From positions 62,001 to 126,000 of the forward strand of contig JALDZS010000030.1 in assembly GCA_022813965.1 (NCBI GenBank): a stretch of DNA of 64,000 nucleotides, in the 5' to 3' direction. Under the pieces are notes generated by a model. That model worked only from the letters and a program-made list of their open reading frames with translations. It was not told the origin of the DNA and searched no databases. Positions 1 to 13,703 of this stretch are shown in pieces (position 1 is the first letter of the stretch; each line of letters starts with the position of its first letter). The DNA comes from Toensbergia leucococca (taxonomy: Eukaryota). The translations under genes were made by a program, and so were the position numbers.

Positions 1-963
1 GCGGGGACGGGACGGCTAATTTCTGAAGGGGTGGAGATCGACAGATTGAATTACCCGGATGAGGGAGAAGCATTGCTGCCCAACTTCATGGTATTCATGA
101 TTGAGGAGGAAGGGAGATGCTTGAAGGATAGTAGAGTGAAGCGGTGTTGAAGACCATCTAAGGAGGAGTATTAGAATGAGACAAGTTCCCCTGATGTTGA
201 AAACGTTGCGACTTCAACTTGATCGATGCCCAACTCGCTTGATTCGGGCATCATGATGATGAACTATTACCCCAGGGCACAAGGCGGGTATCCATCGCAT
301 GACCAGCTCTCGGCGAATAGCAAGCCCCTTCCCAAGCGTTTGCAGTTCCCGCTAATCATAAGGGAGCTGTTGTCGGGAAGAATAGGGGGTCGTGGGAGTT
401 GGCGATGCTGATACCTAATTAGCCCTCTGCATCAGGCACTACAGAATCACTTCCATTCCGACTCGGTTGGCGTAAAGCATTGACACTAGATATGCGAGAC
501 TCTTTGCAAGGCGAATTTGTTAAGGCTCCGTGTCCGAATAGCACAAATGGATCGGGAGGCGTTTTCATGGGCTGATTATTGAGTGCAACAGCTTTTCCAC
601 CCTTCAAACCAGCAAGCCATGCCTTTTAAGGATTTCATGCTGTGAAGGTATCATGAGCGTGCTCGATGGTATACCGTTAAATTGGTAATCTTGTTTTGAT
701 TCATTTCTCTGTTGACCGTTCCTCCTTTTGACCGATTCTCCCTGACCGGTCGCTAAATTGTCTCATACACTGGTTTGACCACTGACCTACCATATATTTC
801 CTTTTCCCCAGCTTTTCCTAGATCATTTCGTCCGTTCTGAAATTTGTTGCTTATATATATATATGCAAATTTTCATATAACGGCAAGCGCTCTTGTTCTT
901 GATCGGTTCAGAGAGCTACCTTCAGCCAACCAGATACCGGCAGTGATCATTTGAGACTGTAGC

Positions 964-3484
964 ATGATGGCTCATTCTAACCATATAGAGGTCAACCAAA
1001 ACGGTCAAAGACAAGTGCGATATTCACTGGAGCCGCTCGCCATTCCGACTCCTGACAACTCGGTTTCAACCCCTTCCACGGGTAGTATCAATGACCCTCA
1101 TAATGTCCAACGTTCTTCCCTTGACACTCCGTTCTCGGGAGAATGCCCCACTCCGTTGGGTACTCAGTGGACGCCTTCGGAGATGCCCGTTAATGGAATG
1201 CTGCATGGCGAGTTGGATGAACCGGGAATGTTTACCGAATTATTCTTTGAGACCGCTGCCGATGATATGGATCTGGATCTTACATACCAAGACCCTAATC
1301 TTGGTGTTGGCATATTTGAAGATCAATCGACTCTGTCGAGATACAGTGATGCTCAGTCGACTGTTCAGCACATTGGATATGGCAGAGCCGTTGGCAATGG
1401 TGGCGCCTTTACGCAGAATCCAGGTATGCTAGGATGAGAAGCTGAAATTGGCGCGAAGCTAACATTTGACGTGGCCTCAGACCAACAGTATGTTATGTTA
1501 CAGGCGAACGTTGGCACCGAAGATGCTCTTCTATATCAGCCACTGCTATATGCTCAAGAGTCTCCGGATGTTCCGAGCAGTATTATACCTCCCAGTTATT
1601 CGTATGGACCTCGCCATGTACCCTTAGACTTATCCAATGATGACCCGTGGTCCTCATTCAGTGTTCCTATGAACTTCCTGAACACCCCTCTCTCAGCAAA
1701 CCAGCCCCTCTTTGGACCACCAAGTGAAAATCCTTACGTCACGTTTGGCGATGACTCTCTCGATCCTAACGGTTCTGATTTTTCAAGTTCAACCGAGTAC
1801 CGGCAAGTTGAATCAACGTCCAGCGCAGAACGACATTCAGAAGGGATAGAAAAACCTCCACCGGATAATCCAGTTGGGCCTCCGACCAATCTGGACGAGG
1901 CTTCTGTTCATTCACCGGAGGTTAACTCCCCCAAAACGAAGAAAAAGGGAGGTAGAAAGAAAGGCACTCAGCTTAATCCTCAAAGCCGACATAATGCTGG
2001 TCAAAGACGTAAAGACGGAGGAGCCTGTTGGTGGTGTAGATTTAACAAATATCCTGTATTTCAGCCAATCCACCGCAACTTAAGGTAATGCATACTGAAG
2101 AATAGCGTAGTGTCAATTTGACACCCACGAAAAATGCAAAAAATGCAAAAAAATAGAAAAGCCGACTTGGATATGGGGTTGCGACCGAACGACTCTCCCA
2201 GATTTAACTGAAGTGTTCCTACCCAGTAGGTGTTGCATGCTCCAATTTTGAAGGGAAGTATTCTCACACAAAGTACAGCGTTTCTCATGGACGCACATCA
2301 GCCAGACCGGCTCAGTGATTTCTGCAATAAAAACATTAGTTCTTGGAGGGCTAATGGTTTCGATGTTTTTGTAACTTGGGGCTTTGGTAGGCCATATAAA
2401 TGCACCGTCCAGGAATTCGAGCCAGAAGGACAACTCCTTCGGTTTCAGCATCAGTATAGAATGAATACTGCTACCAAAAAGTACGAGTTATTCCGGTGTC
2501 CATCGCCACCAATTGGAATATTCTGCATTCCTGTAGAGTATATGAGGAAAGAACTAGACAATTACCTGAACGAATTCATTGACCAAGATTTCCAACAATT
2601 CCCCGAGGTTTGTTTTCGAGATCGCGAATCCACCCTGCATGAGGGTCTCTTGCACGCTGCTCACAGGTACCACGCTGCAGATGCTGAGAGCTCTGATTCG
2701 GTTCGTTCACCCCCAAGTGTTCTTCTAGAAACACCACTGATCATTACTTATCTGTTAGGGCACATTGCTGCACTTATGTTTGAAGCTCATAGTTGTCGAT
2801 TTCATAGCGACACATGCAATAACATTATCCGAGGATACGAAAGACGAAGTCTATCGTTCCTTGGAGGATAAGCCACCAGAGCGATTTGGAATCCACACAT
2901 CATCTAGATTTCTCAACAGGGAGCTGAAGTTCCTTTGGTCTACTCTGCACACAAATTTATTGACAGAGATCCTCAAGAATATTAGTAAGCTATTGATGAA
3001 ATCGAGTGATAGAATAACATGGGCAAAGGGGTTTGTAAGCCTTCTCGTGCTTGCAATGACTGCCGAATCGATACAGCTCACTATCCGAAACCGAGAAGAT
3101 ATTGAGAAGCAGGAAGGCTCCATAGCTCAGAGCGATGAAAGCGCAACAGATGCTATAAAGCGGATCGACGATAGGCTAGGCTTCTTGCAAGGCCTCTTCC
3201 ACCATGGTTACAGTAAAAAGGGCTTTAACCCGATCATCAAGGATCATGATCGAATGTCATTAGATTCACATTCTCAGCAACTTGCAAAAGAAGTCAGAGA
3301 CTTGATAGAGGGAAACTGTGAGTTCATATGACATGTCGGGTTTGAAAGATAGTGAATTGACATGGAGGCAGTGAACTTCTTATCTTGTCAAGAACCTGAG
3401 CCGCCCACTGACCCATTGTGTTCACCAACATCGCCTTTCATTGCACGTTTCCTGCTATCTTTTTGGAGTCCTGCTAAAGAATGA
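964..3484 (+). CDS. Zn(II)2Cys6 fungal transcription factor with internal zinc cluster (multi-exon)
   Basis: Splicing 2055^2111 joins CWWCRFNKYP to CQFDTHEKCKKCKKIEKPTWIWGC (six Cys), preceded by basic KKKGGRKKG. Further GT-AG introns near 1423, 2226, 2701 and 3319 keep the frame to TGA at 3482-3484. Confidence 0.8.
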
Positions 3485-4960
3485 CGTGAGTTCCTTATTT
3501 CACGCAATGAGAAACAAACGGCGAAATGAAGAATGTGATGATCCTTACTGGCAAATGTGATCCTGGGGACTGGGCGCAGCGAGATGGGAAAAAGTGACTA
3601 GACAGAAATGATAATTAAATTTCTCTGCGAATATTTTGCTTAGCACAGGAATAGCTTGCATGATGAAAACATGTCCGTCCATTTAATAGTCCCGCTGCCC
3701 CACAAAAGAGAAGAGGCAGCAGGGCGGAGAAGACGCGGTCCTGCTAAAAACCAATTCTTTTCTCCCACTGGCTAGTAAGAAGTATGCCCCAAGACCATGA
3801 CGAGAGGCACAGGAGGTAGGCAAAGCGGTGGTATGTAGTCTGCAGAACTTGCAGTCATGTAGACATTTGGAAGCTACTGACAATATGACTGCTCAGTGCA
3901 TGGGTACCAATTTGAGCACCTAATGCAGGGCAGTTTGAAAGAGTAGTATCAATGAGTCTACCTAGATTATCATCAGACTGAGCAGAGTGCTATTGTCTTA
4001 GAGTAACCCTATAAGGCGTTGGCATCACCTCCCTCGCCTGTATGTTACAGTGTTGTGGGAAATTGGCAGCGAAAATTAAACGCAAAGATTTTATTACCCC
4101 CGGCGTGTGCCGGCTATGTTTTCTAGCGCGGATGACAGGATTCTCGTCTTATGCTGCACCCCTTGACCTCATCTTCTCTCCTCTCCACACTTCATACATT
4201 GAACGCATAATCAACCTCCATTCCTGCCCGTGATACACAATACAGGCTCATAGGCTGGTCGGTCATATTGGCGAACTAGATTGACGACGAATACAGTTTA
4301 GGCATTGCCGATAGAATGTCGCTTTGCTTTGATCGGTCACTCTTGTTGACTTGTGCTTAGCGGCTATTTGCTTGCCGAACATTGCGTCCTGTGTGTTGAT
4401 CTTGTGAGAATTGAAGGATTGGAAAGCTCAGCTTATACAATGCTAGGTAGCTTTGCATTGTGGATGCTACGCCGTGGTTCCACGCTAGAAGTGTGATTGA
4501 ACAGCGCCAGTCCGATGCACACAGCAATGCAGAGGCTGGGTAGACTTTCATTAACTACATGTAGCTCATCTCATTAGGACTTCCTCCATCTCGAAATTCC
4601 AAGCCAGGACTTGGGACAAGGGTCAGAATTAAGAAACAGGTGTCGCGGGGATGGAAAAGAGTGGTGGTTGTGGCGCACGACTGAAGAAATTGTAAACGAG
4701 CCAAATTCTGGGGAAGTGCAAGGGAGTGGCTATGGGAATTGGGGGGCTTCGGGGGGGGGTGGGTTTACAACAAGGCACAATATTTCGAGATAATCAAATC
4801 TTCTTTTGCCCCGGAAAAAATAATGGCAAAAATTGCAGAAGCTGATCAAGTAGTGCATCATCTCCCCCTCCAACCTTTTTCTTCCACAACACCCACCAAC
4901 ACCAATCTCAAGACCAAGCCTCCCACCTTCCAGTCGTTCAAAACCCCCTCCCCTTACATA

Positions 4961-7296
4961 TCACAGCAAATACCGATAATCAGGACTCATATCGCCCTTC
5001 TCCGTTTTCTCCCACTCGGTCAAGCCTAAATCCCTTGGCACGCGGTCCCGGCTTCGGTTTTGGAGGAGGATGGCGAGGAAATAGGTCGTGCAGCTGGCGG
5101 CGCTGAGGCAGATGAAGGCGAGGCAGATGCTGTAGCCTGGTTTGAAGTCTGGGGCGTCCTTTTTGAGGAAGGCGTAGGTTGCTGGGGGCGATTAGTAGGT
5201 ATGGCGGAGGTTGGGGTGGGGGAAGGGGGGAAGGAGGTACCTATTATGCCGCCGATGTTGCCGAAGCCGATTTGCCTGGGTTTTTGTGAGGTTTGTTCTA
5301 TGGAGAACAGATGGGGCTTTTCTTACCATGCGGTGCCCACGCTCCGTCGATGATGCCCACCGAGGTTCATGGTAAACCAGCAGACGATGACTGGTAAAGC
5401 ACTATAAGTCCCCATGGTGACGAGGAATAGCGCCGCGTACTCGAGATGGGGCCGGTTATGGACAGTGATTAGAATGCCGAAGCCGGTGATGGCGACGCAG
5501 ATGGGGAGGAGGGTGAAGAGGAAGCGGTGTTTTGTTAAATCGGAGGCGAAGGCGATGATCATTGCAAAGGCGAAGGCGGCCGCCCACGGAGGGACGGAGT
5601 GGACTATGTTAGGATTAGTGACCTCGAGGGGAGGGAGGTGAGAAGGGAAAGCTGACGTTGGGTTTGGATTGCGGAGTAGCCGTAACTTTTGATGATTGTT
5701 GGGGCAAAGAATGCATAGCCCTGTTTGTATTCAGCTAGTGGGAGGATGGAGGGATAGAACAGTATCTGACATAAGCTGGCACGATCAATCCGAAGTCTGT
5801 AATCAGATCAGTTTGAATCTAATATTGGAGGAAGTAGTCTTTGATACACATGAAGCCTCCAATAAAAATCTTCCAGTCTTTGAAGGCATTGACAATATCC
5901 GTGAAATTGATAGCTCGCTCCGCAGCACTGCGACCTTGGTCTTTCCGAAGACGATCTTTGACGTATGTTCGCTCTTCTACACGGTGGGAGTCATTGTCAG
6001 ATATCAATCATCAATGTCTAGAGTTTTCTCTTGATCAACGGTAAGACCTCTCCATACCTTCAGTGAGCCACTTTGCTTGTTCCGGGAAGTCTGGGAGGAG
6101 AAAGTAGAACACGAATGCAACAACACAGGTCAGGGTTCCCTCGAGGATAAAAATCCAGCGCCAGCCTAGGTAACCACGCATACCGCTCATTTTTCCAATG
6201 GCTGAGGCGAGGAGCCCGCCAAAAGCTCCAGCTAGAGTTGTGCTGTAGGGGACCATCAGCGAACAAATACAAATTGGCAGGCAGCCCTCTTTTACCTACC
6301 TGCTGAAGAAGAAGGAATATCGACGTTGAGCTTGAGATACCGAATGAGCATACCTAGGCTAACAAGTCCAAGGGTCAATTCTTACCTTCACTGCGTCGAT
6401 ACCACATTCCAATCAAGTAAAAAGCTAGAAGCATAAATCAGATGCAGTGTAACAAGTAATTGGATACAAATAAACACATACAGCCGGGAAACATGCCCGT
6501 CTCAGCAAGACCGAGAAAGAAACGGGTTGCGAGGAGGCCACTATAATTCTGCACCAAGCCCTGACACACAGTCACCAGACCAAAAACAAACATACACGCC
6601 GAAACTGGGAAAGGCCGTTAGTTGGACGATGGAATTCTGGAGAAGAAAGGCACTTGCGCCATAGATGTGGCTTGAATTTCTTCAGGAGTATGTTACTAGG
6701 GATTTCGAACACGATATAAGGAACGAAGAAGATGGTCAAGGCGGTATTGTATTGGTTGCCTTTTAATTTCAGATCTTGGGTGAGACCGAAAACGGAGGCT
6801 TTTCATGTATTAGTGCAAGCAAAGAAATACTCGTTCTATTCGGGGCATTTATTGCTCACCATTTGCAATATTCTTTAGCAGTACAAGGTCAATATGATGA
6901 TACGGATTTTTCTGTCAAGGTTCTGAGAAACACTTACGGTCCTGAGGGGACATCAGCGAAGACAGCTTCCTGTTATCCAGTAGGACAAGCTCACCGGTCA
7001 AGAAAAGCTAGAAGATACAGAATGCTCAGGAAGGGGATGACTCGAAGGTCAATCCTGGCGACAAGCTTGCGCTCAGTTGTATGTGATGGACATGTGACTG
7101 GAAGGTCATGATCATAGTCGATGTTTGGGTGTGCCACATCTGGATCGTATTGACCAAGCACAAAGTGCTGATCATGGACAGATGATGAATCGGGCGACCC
7201 CGATGTCTCTGCGAACAGGCTTCGATTAGCTTCGACTTCCAAAGGAAGCTCCTCTCATCTCGTTTGATTTTCAGCCTTACTCTCACGTGCTGTCAT
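4961..7296 (-). CDS. MFS transporter, allantoate permease/ACS (Dal5/Tna1-like) family
   Basis: Spliced motifs RIDLRVIPFLSILYLLAFLDRTNIANA, NQYNTALTIFFVPYIVFEIPSN, GWRWIFILEG, LPDFPEQAKWLT. ATG at 7296 with first intron 7280-7209; stop TGA at 4963-4961. Confidence 0.9.
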
Positions 7297-8799
7297 GCTT
7301 TTGCTTTTTGCTTCTTGCTGCGGCGGAAAACAACAAAGGGTAAATCACATATCAACGATGTAAACAACAGAGGCAAGAGGAGTCTCCTCAGGAGAGAAGA
7401 GAGCTTTGAGGAGCATCTACTGTGCCTCTGTGCTTATGCAATCCTGGACTGTGTAATTGCGGGGCTGGGTCCCTGCGTCCGAGATCCCCACAATCCAAAC
7501 TCTGCCACTTTTTCAATGTTTACTGCCTCGAGTAACCTGGGCCTGAATGTCTTCTCGATTCTGTATCTCGAGCATACAGACAGTTTAGGGTCATCAAAAA
7601 TGTGCTACTCTTCTGCTGGTGCTGTTGTTCACGCTGCGTCTCTCTCGCTTGCAGTTGACGGCAGAAAGGTCTGCGAAGCTGATTCATGTATACTATCATT
7701 TTCGGAATGTCTCTCACCGGCGTCATATACAATCTAAGTATCAAAGGATTCGCAGTCTACAAGACTTGATAACCTCTTCTTTTATCTTCGTTGCGCAGCC
7801 TGTATTGATTCGATACTATGGCATGAAGAGTTTCCGGAGGGTGAAAAGATACTCTGTTCTTTTAGAGAGCGGGATGGGTACACCAACGAGGGGCACACGC
7901 TCGACGAGCTTATGAGGCACTTCGAATACGACCATGGCCCTGAAGTCCCTTGCCCGAGCAACCTATGGGAATATGCTATGTTTTATTTCACTTCGGATCA
8001 AAAGCTTTAGGAAGCTTTAAATCCGCTGGGCAACTATGCGGCGTTGAAGCTCTCTGATCGTGTTTTCTGACGGATAAGAGAGGCTTCTCTGGAAGCGCAG
8101 CTTTGAGCAGAAAAAAGAGGGTCCTTGATGACTCGAACAGGTATGTGCCATACCAACTACAGCCACCTCAACCACGACAATACTACGAATCTTCGGTTTA
8201 CGACGGATGTTAGGAAAGGTACAGTGTTATGTTGCGATGTTGAGAGATATGCCAGTCTGTTCGCTCAAGAATATTGCACGTTGCATGACGAGAATAGCAT
8301 TATGATCGATATCCTGACTTTTGTACAATGCAACCTTTTGCACTAGGAAAGCATACGAAAGAGAGAGAAAGTGCAGCGTGGCTACTTTACACAAACTTAA
8401 ATCACAGAGGCGGATTAATGATTGTGGTTGGAGATAGCTGGTTGCAAAGCTGAAGATAGCTAGATTCAAAAAAACTCCATAATACTGAGTTGAGAATTTG
8501 TTGTTGAGTAATAGTAGTTGACAATATTCATGTCAGACAGCTTTCATTCAGAAAATGTAATGTTCTTCACACTCTACCACCACCAGCAGATTGATGAAGA
8601 AACATACCTCCGTTCTGGTCAGTCCGTCAACGATACCCCTTCGTCTACAATTGTCGAACGCTGAATTAGAGTCTGATTGTGTAGAAGCTAGGCTAACAGA
8701 GATAAGATGTAGAAATGGGTTGAAAAGGATAGTCTTAGTACAGAGACGTTTATGAAAATCTGAAATGCATGACTCGAAATCTCTTGAGCTCAACTTACA

Positions 8800-9198
8800 T
8801 TAGTAACAAGTCCCTGACGATTTGTTGGTTGATTTGAGATTGACAGTCCTTGATTGTCTGCGGCTGTTTCTAGAGTACGTGGTACGGTAGCTTCAAGCCA
8901 CAAAAAACGGTCCCTTACCTAGGCTGTACTAGTACATTTCTACCCTTGCAGACGGTGAATCGTTTAGCTGGCTTCAGTGTCAGCCTTATCAAATTGCAGC
9001 ATCGCATTCAACCTATTTGGTACTATTCATTATGAGGAGAAGTCTTGGTTTGGTCATTCCAAAGATGGCCGAGCATGTTCAAGTCCTCATAGGGAAGGTC
9101 TAAGGAGGATGACGGGCAAGGAATGGCTTTGTAAGAGTGCCATGTTACATTGTCATGGAAAGTCTTCGAGCATCCAAAGTGGGTCCATAACAGCCAAT
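8800..9198 (+). promoter_or_regulatory. Candidate Yap1/AP-1 element (TTAGTAA, 8800-8806) and CCAAT box (9194-9198) upstream of cytochrome c peroxidase
   Basis: Exact motif matches about 600 and 200 nt upstream of an oxidative-stress heme enzyme. The motifs are short and could be chance. Confidence 0.35.
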
Positions 9199-9400
9199 CA
9201 TCACTCGCCTTTTCACCCCTAAAATATCGTTCTGTTCTGTTCTGTTCTAAGCGAAGAAGCTACGGAAGGCGATATGGAGTGTTCATCACTTCACGCTTTT
9301 GCCGACGCTCACTTTTCTTTCTCGTCCGCCACTCCAATTCCTATACTCAAAGAAACTCACCCGGTCTAACAGTCTCTCACACCTCAACGCCTCCACAGCA

Positions 9401-10781
9401 ATGGCCTCGGCCGTGAGATTCTTTACACACCTCACCACGCGCTCAACCCCGTTCACCTCAACCCTTAAAACCCATGCCCGCTTTACTCTCCCAAGCCAAG
9501 CCTTCCAATCCTCTTCTCGCCGCCGCTACGCCTCAGGAACTAGCGGCAAGGCTTCTTCCAGCACAGGACTATACTGGGGTCTAGGTTTAGCAGCAGCAGG
9601 TGGCGCAGGCGCCTACTTTTACTTCAACAATGGGGGCTTGACAAATTTGAAAGAGGGAAGTGCTGGTGAGACTCGAGGCATCTTTACGCCATCCAAGGAC
9701 GACTATCAGAAGGTGTACAACGAGATTGCCAAGGCCCTGGAAGAAAAAGATGACTATGATGATGGAAGCTATGGGCCGGTGCTGGTGCGATTGGCTTGGC
9801 ATTGCAGTGGGACGTGAGTATATGTATATTTTCCATGGCAACGAGGAGTCCAGACTCACAACCTCCAGGTACGACAAAGAGACCAATACCGGCGGCTCCA
9901 ACGGCGCAACCATGCGCTTCGCCCCCGAAGGCGACCACGGCGCAAACGCCGGCCTAAAAGCAGCTCGCGACTTCATGGACCCCATCAAACGCAAGCCCCC
10001 CACTCCACCTTCCCTGGAATACCCACAACCTCTCCACTAACACTTGCCTACCCAGAAAAAAACCCTTGGATAACCTACTCTGACCTCTGGACCCTCGGTG
10101 GCGTCTGCGCCATCCAAGAAATGCAAGGCCCCTCCATCCCCTGGCGGCCCGGCCGCAAAGACTCCGACGTCTCCATGTGCACTCCCGACGGCCGCCTCCC
10201 CGACGGTGCTAAGGAGCAAAGTCACCTACGCGCCATCTTCGGCCGTATGGGTTTCGATGACCGCGAGATTGTAGCGCTGAGCGGGGCGCATGCGCTGGGG
10301 AGATGTCATACTGATCGCAGTGGGTTTGAGGGACCCTGGAGCTTCAGCCCGACCGTTATGAGCAATGATTACTATCGCTTGCTGCTGGGGGAGAAGTGGG
10401 GGTTTCGGAAGGTATGGAGTTCACTTCTTCTTCTCACCCCCTTTTTCCTTGAACCAAGAAATACTAGAATACTCCTGGTGATGAGTATCAACTTTTCTTG
10501 TTCTAGTTCAGAGCTCCCTGGCTAATCAAAAGCGGGCGGGCAAAAAGTGGAACGGCCCCAGACAGTACCAAGATCTCTCCTCCAAATCCCTCATGATGCT
10601 CCCGACCGACATGGCCCTGATCAAAGACAAAGAGTTCAAGAAACACGTCGAGCGCTACGCCAAGGACGATCAGGTCTTTTTCGCCGAGTTCCGCGATGTC
10701 ATTGTGAAGCTGTTGGAGTTGGGCGTGCCGTTCTCGACAAAGGAGGAGGAGAGGTTCACGTTGAAGCCGAGTGCTGCGTAG
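9401..10781 (+). CDS. CCP1: Mitochondrial cytochrome c peroxidase
   Basis: S/T/R-rich presequence plus hydrophobic anchor, [41 protein letters not shown]; 3 introns. Confidence 0.95.
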
Positions 10782-11163
10782 ATTTGATTTCTATACCCAC
10801 CGCCCACCAAACCTTAGATTAGACTTCAATTTGGTCCAGCGATGTTTTTGCAAGCGGAAAGGTGTCCCCTTTTGCAACGAGAGAGAGCTCTATTAGAACA
10901 TAGATTAGATTAGACCATAGCTCCCTCGGCTTGTGGTAAAGTGGTCGCTGGCGTTTCAGCAGCAGGGCTGGACATGGATCTTTCCCTGCATTAAGAACCT
11001 TTTCAATGAAGCCACATGGACTTGATTTTGAGACGGGAAGCTCTGACATCTCTCTCTCTCTCGATTGCATTACGAATCCGGTTGCTAATGAGAAACCCCC
11101 AAAAAACGCCAACGCTAATGAGTGTGCTCTTACCCAAACCCTCCCGCTCCGTAATACAAAAAC

Positions 11164-13300
11164 CTACCATAATCGTGTCATCCGCAGAACATCATGTCTT
11201 TGAAAAAACGCCCGATTCCTCTTCCCATAAATATCTAGCCGCAAAAAAAGTTAGCTTTTCCTCCCTCTAGTACCGGTAAAGTCACAGTTCCCAAACCCCA
11301 CAGACCATACCCCAAAAATCGAAAGGGGGGAGGAGGAGAAGGGGGGAAAAGGACTTACACATGGGAATACTTAGCAAACAAATCCCCACCTGAATACTCG
11401 CAATAATGTAGAAAGTCTCCGCAATCCCCACCCGCAGCAACCAATCGTACGCCCCCCACGTGAGGCCGAAGCTGAACATATTCTTGAAAACAAGCAGGCA
11501 TGTAAAAGCTTCGACAGCGAGGTCACCTGCCGGACGGGAGGGTGGTGTCAGCCAAAATACCAGCCTCAACAGTCTGGAAGAAAAAAGAGAAAGCCACGAA
11601 GTGCCGAGAGAGGGAAAGAGAGAGACAGAAAGAACATACGATGCGCGTCAACAATATACAACGCACTAGCCACGGCCCCCAAAACCATGCCCATAACCTC
11701 CAACGCGAAGAAAAAATCCGGCAAAAACCACCCATACCGCCCCACACTTGCCCCTGTAACCCCAAACCCATATAGTCCCGCGCACCCAAACACAAGCTGA
11801 GCGACAACAAGCACGATGCGAAACTCGGGCTCGTAAACACCCTTGTTGCGGCGTATCATCAAGTTGGTCGACCAGTCGGCCAAGAGGCCTGCGAGCAGGA
11901 AGCCGAGTATGGCGCCGACAAAAGCGCCTGTGTACATGTAGCCTGTTTCGACTTCGTTGAAGAAGAGTGGGGGTCCGAGGAAGATGGCGGCGAGGACGAC
12001 GCCGATCATGACGGTCCAGCCGATTAGGGCGCCTTGGATGAGGCAGGCCCAGAAGATGGCAGGGTGGAAGAAGAGGGGGAATGGGCGGAGGAGGAGTTTT
12101 AGGGGGTTTTCAGAGGTTTTGCGGCCATTGAAAGGGAGGAGGGTTTGTAGGAAGGGGAGTTTTTGGGGGGTATGGGGTGGGTTCAGGGGGTGATCTTCTA
12201 TGGAGCCGGGTTCTTTGTTCAGGGAGGGAGGTTTACTTGTGGTGTGGCTAGTAGGAGTTCCGGTGGGGTTGGGGGCAGAGAGCTCGTATTCGGGGCCTGG
12301 ATGGGGGTGGTGCTGGAAGCTTTCTTCGCCGGTGAAGTCGGTGTTGAAGTGGCTGGCGCGTCGGAAGGCGGTTTCGGGGACGAAGAAAAAGACGAAGGGG
12401 AAGATCGCGCCGGCGAAAATAGCAATGAAGTAAAATGACCATTGCCAACCTAGGGTGTGGGTGATTTTTCCGACGAGAATGGGAGTGAAGAAGGCGCCGC
12501 CGAAGAGAGCGAGGTTGGATAGGGCCATGCGTTTGCCACGTTCCTTGGTATCGATGTTAGCGTCTTTTCAAAGCATATGGAAGAGAGGGGTGACATGGAT
12601 GTTGGATTGCGCATACATGAACAAAGTAGAGATCTCCTACACTGGCATTAACCAAGGCTTCAAAAGGCGCCAATCCAACCCCTTGAATGATTCGAGCCCA
12701 CAAAAGACTCTTGTAGTTATGTCTACTCGCGCCACCCCAAGCACTGCTGACGATAATAAGAATGTTTCCCAGAAGGTATAGGTGCCGCTTTCCCCAAACT
12801 CTGGCCGAAGCAACAAACAGAAGACCCGCCACCCCGACTCCACACAGATGATATCCTGTGAGCAGAGCCAGCTGCGTAAAGTCTCTGTCGAACCACAGGG
12901 ACAAGGTTAGGGTGTTCGCGGCGAGCAAGGGGCTTAATGTTGAGGCGATGACAGCAATGATGCATAGGACGCAGAGAATCGAGTCACGCTTCCATAACGG
13001 CCAATTCTAAAGATGTTAATTGCGAGATGGAGCAGACGGGGAAAGTAGTGGCCCACCAGCGGATCGTTGGGGTCGTCGCTAGGTTGAGGAACGAGGATGA
13101 TGGGAACAGGACCGCTTTTGTCGTATTTCAACTTCGAGTCTACTTCAGCTTGTAAATTGGGCCTGCTGGTATCATCAAGCACGAACGATGTCCCTGCAGA
13201 AACATTAGCAGTGTGCGATTCATGCAGTCTCATTTGCTCTCTTAATACGCATACCTGGGACATGTTCGCTCTTGGCAGGCTCCAATACTCCGAGACCCAT
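11164..13300 (-). CDS. MFS transporter (HOL1/DHA1-like)
   Basis: N-terminus MGLGVLEPAKSEHVPG, LVPQPSDDPNDPL, WGKRHLYL, FFVPETAF, GVYEPEFRI; many TM segments; stop TAG at 11166-11164. Confidence 0.9.
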
Positions 13301-13703
13301 TTTTCTTATACTTTGTTGTACATCAGCTTCCTAGAAAGATCATGGTCGGAGTTTGGCACGCCTGCTCCAATCCTCCAAGAGCCTCTTGCATCTGCGAAAT
13401 GCGGACGGCGGTTGATGACTTGATGTCAGATCATTATGAACGCGCTACCTACTCGTAGACTAGCTCGACTAGGGATCCGCACCGGGACGGAGTAAGGTAA
13501 GGTAGAATATTCTATCTTTAGCGTCGGCAGTTCTCATTCCGCGTACTCCGCAATTCACGTCCGTAATATCTCCAGCTACTCCGTACTCGCACTCATATCA
13601 AATTCATATACGGTAAATACAATATATATCTTGTGTTGTCTTCTTATACAACATCTCTGTGCTTTTCTCTACTACTAGTACAGTAATGGTTCCTGCTGCA
13701 AAC

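Noticed and set aside
1..660. Short ORFs at the window start
   Set aside because: No recognisable motif or consistent exon chain; may be the flank of a gene outside the window.
7209..7296. Apparent in-frame TGA after the MFS start codon (possible readthrough or pseudogene)
   Set aside because: It lies inside a 72-nt intron (GTAAGG...GCTAAT...CAG, 7280-7209) whose removal restores the frame.
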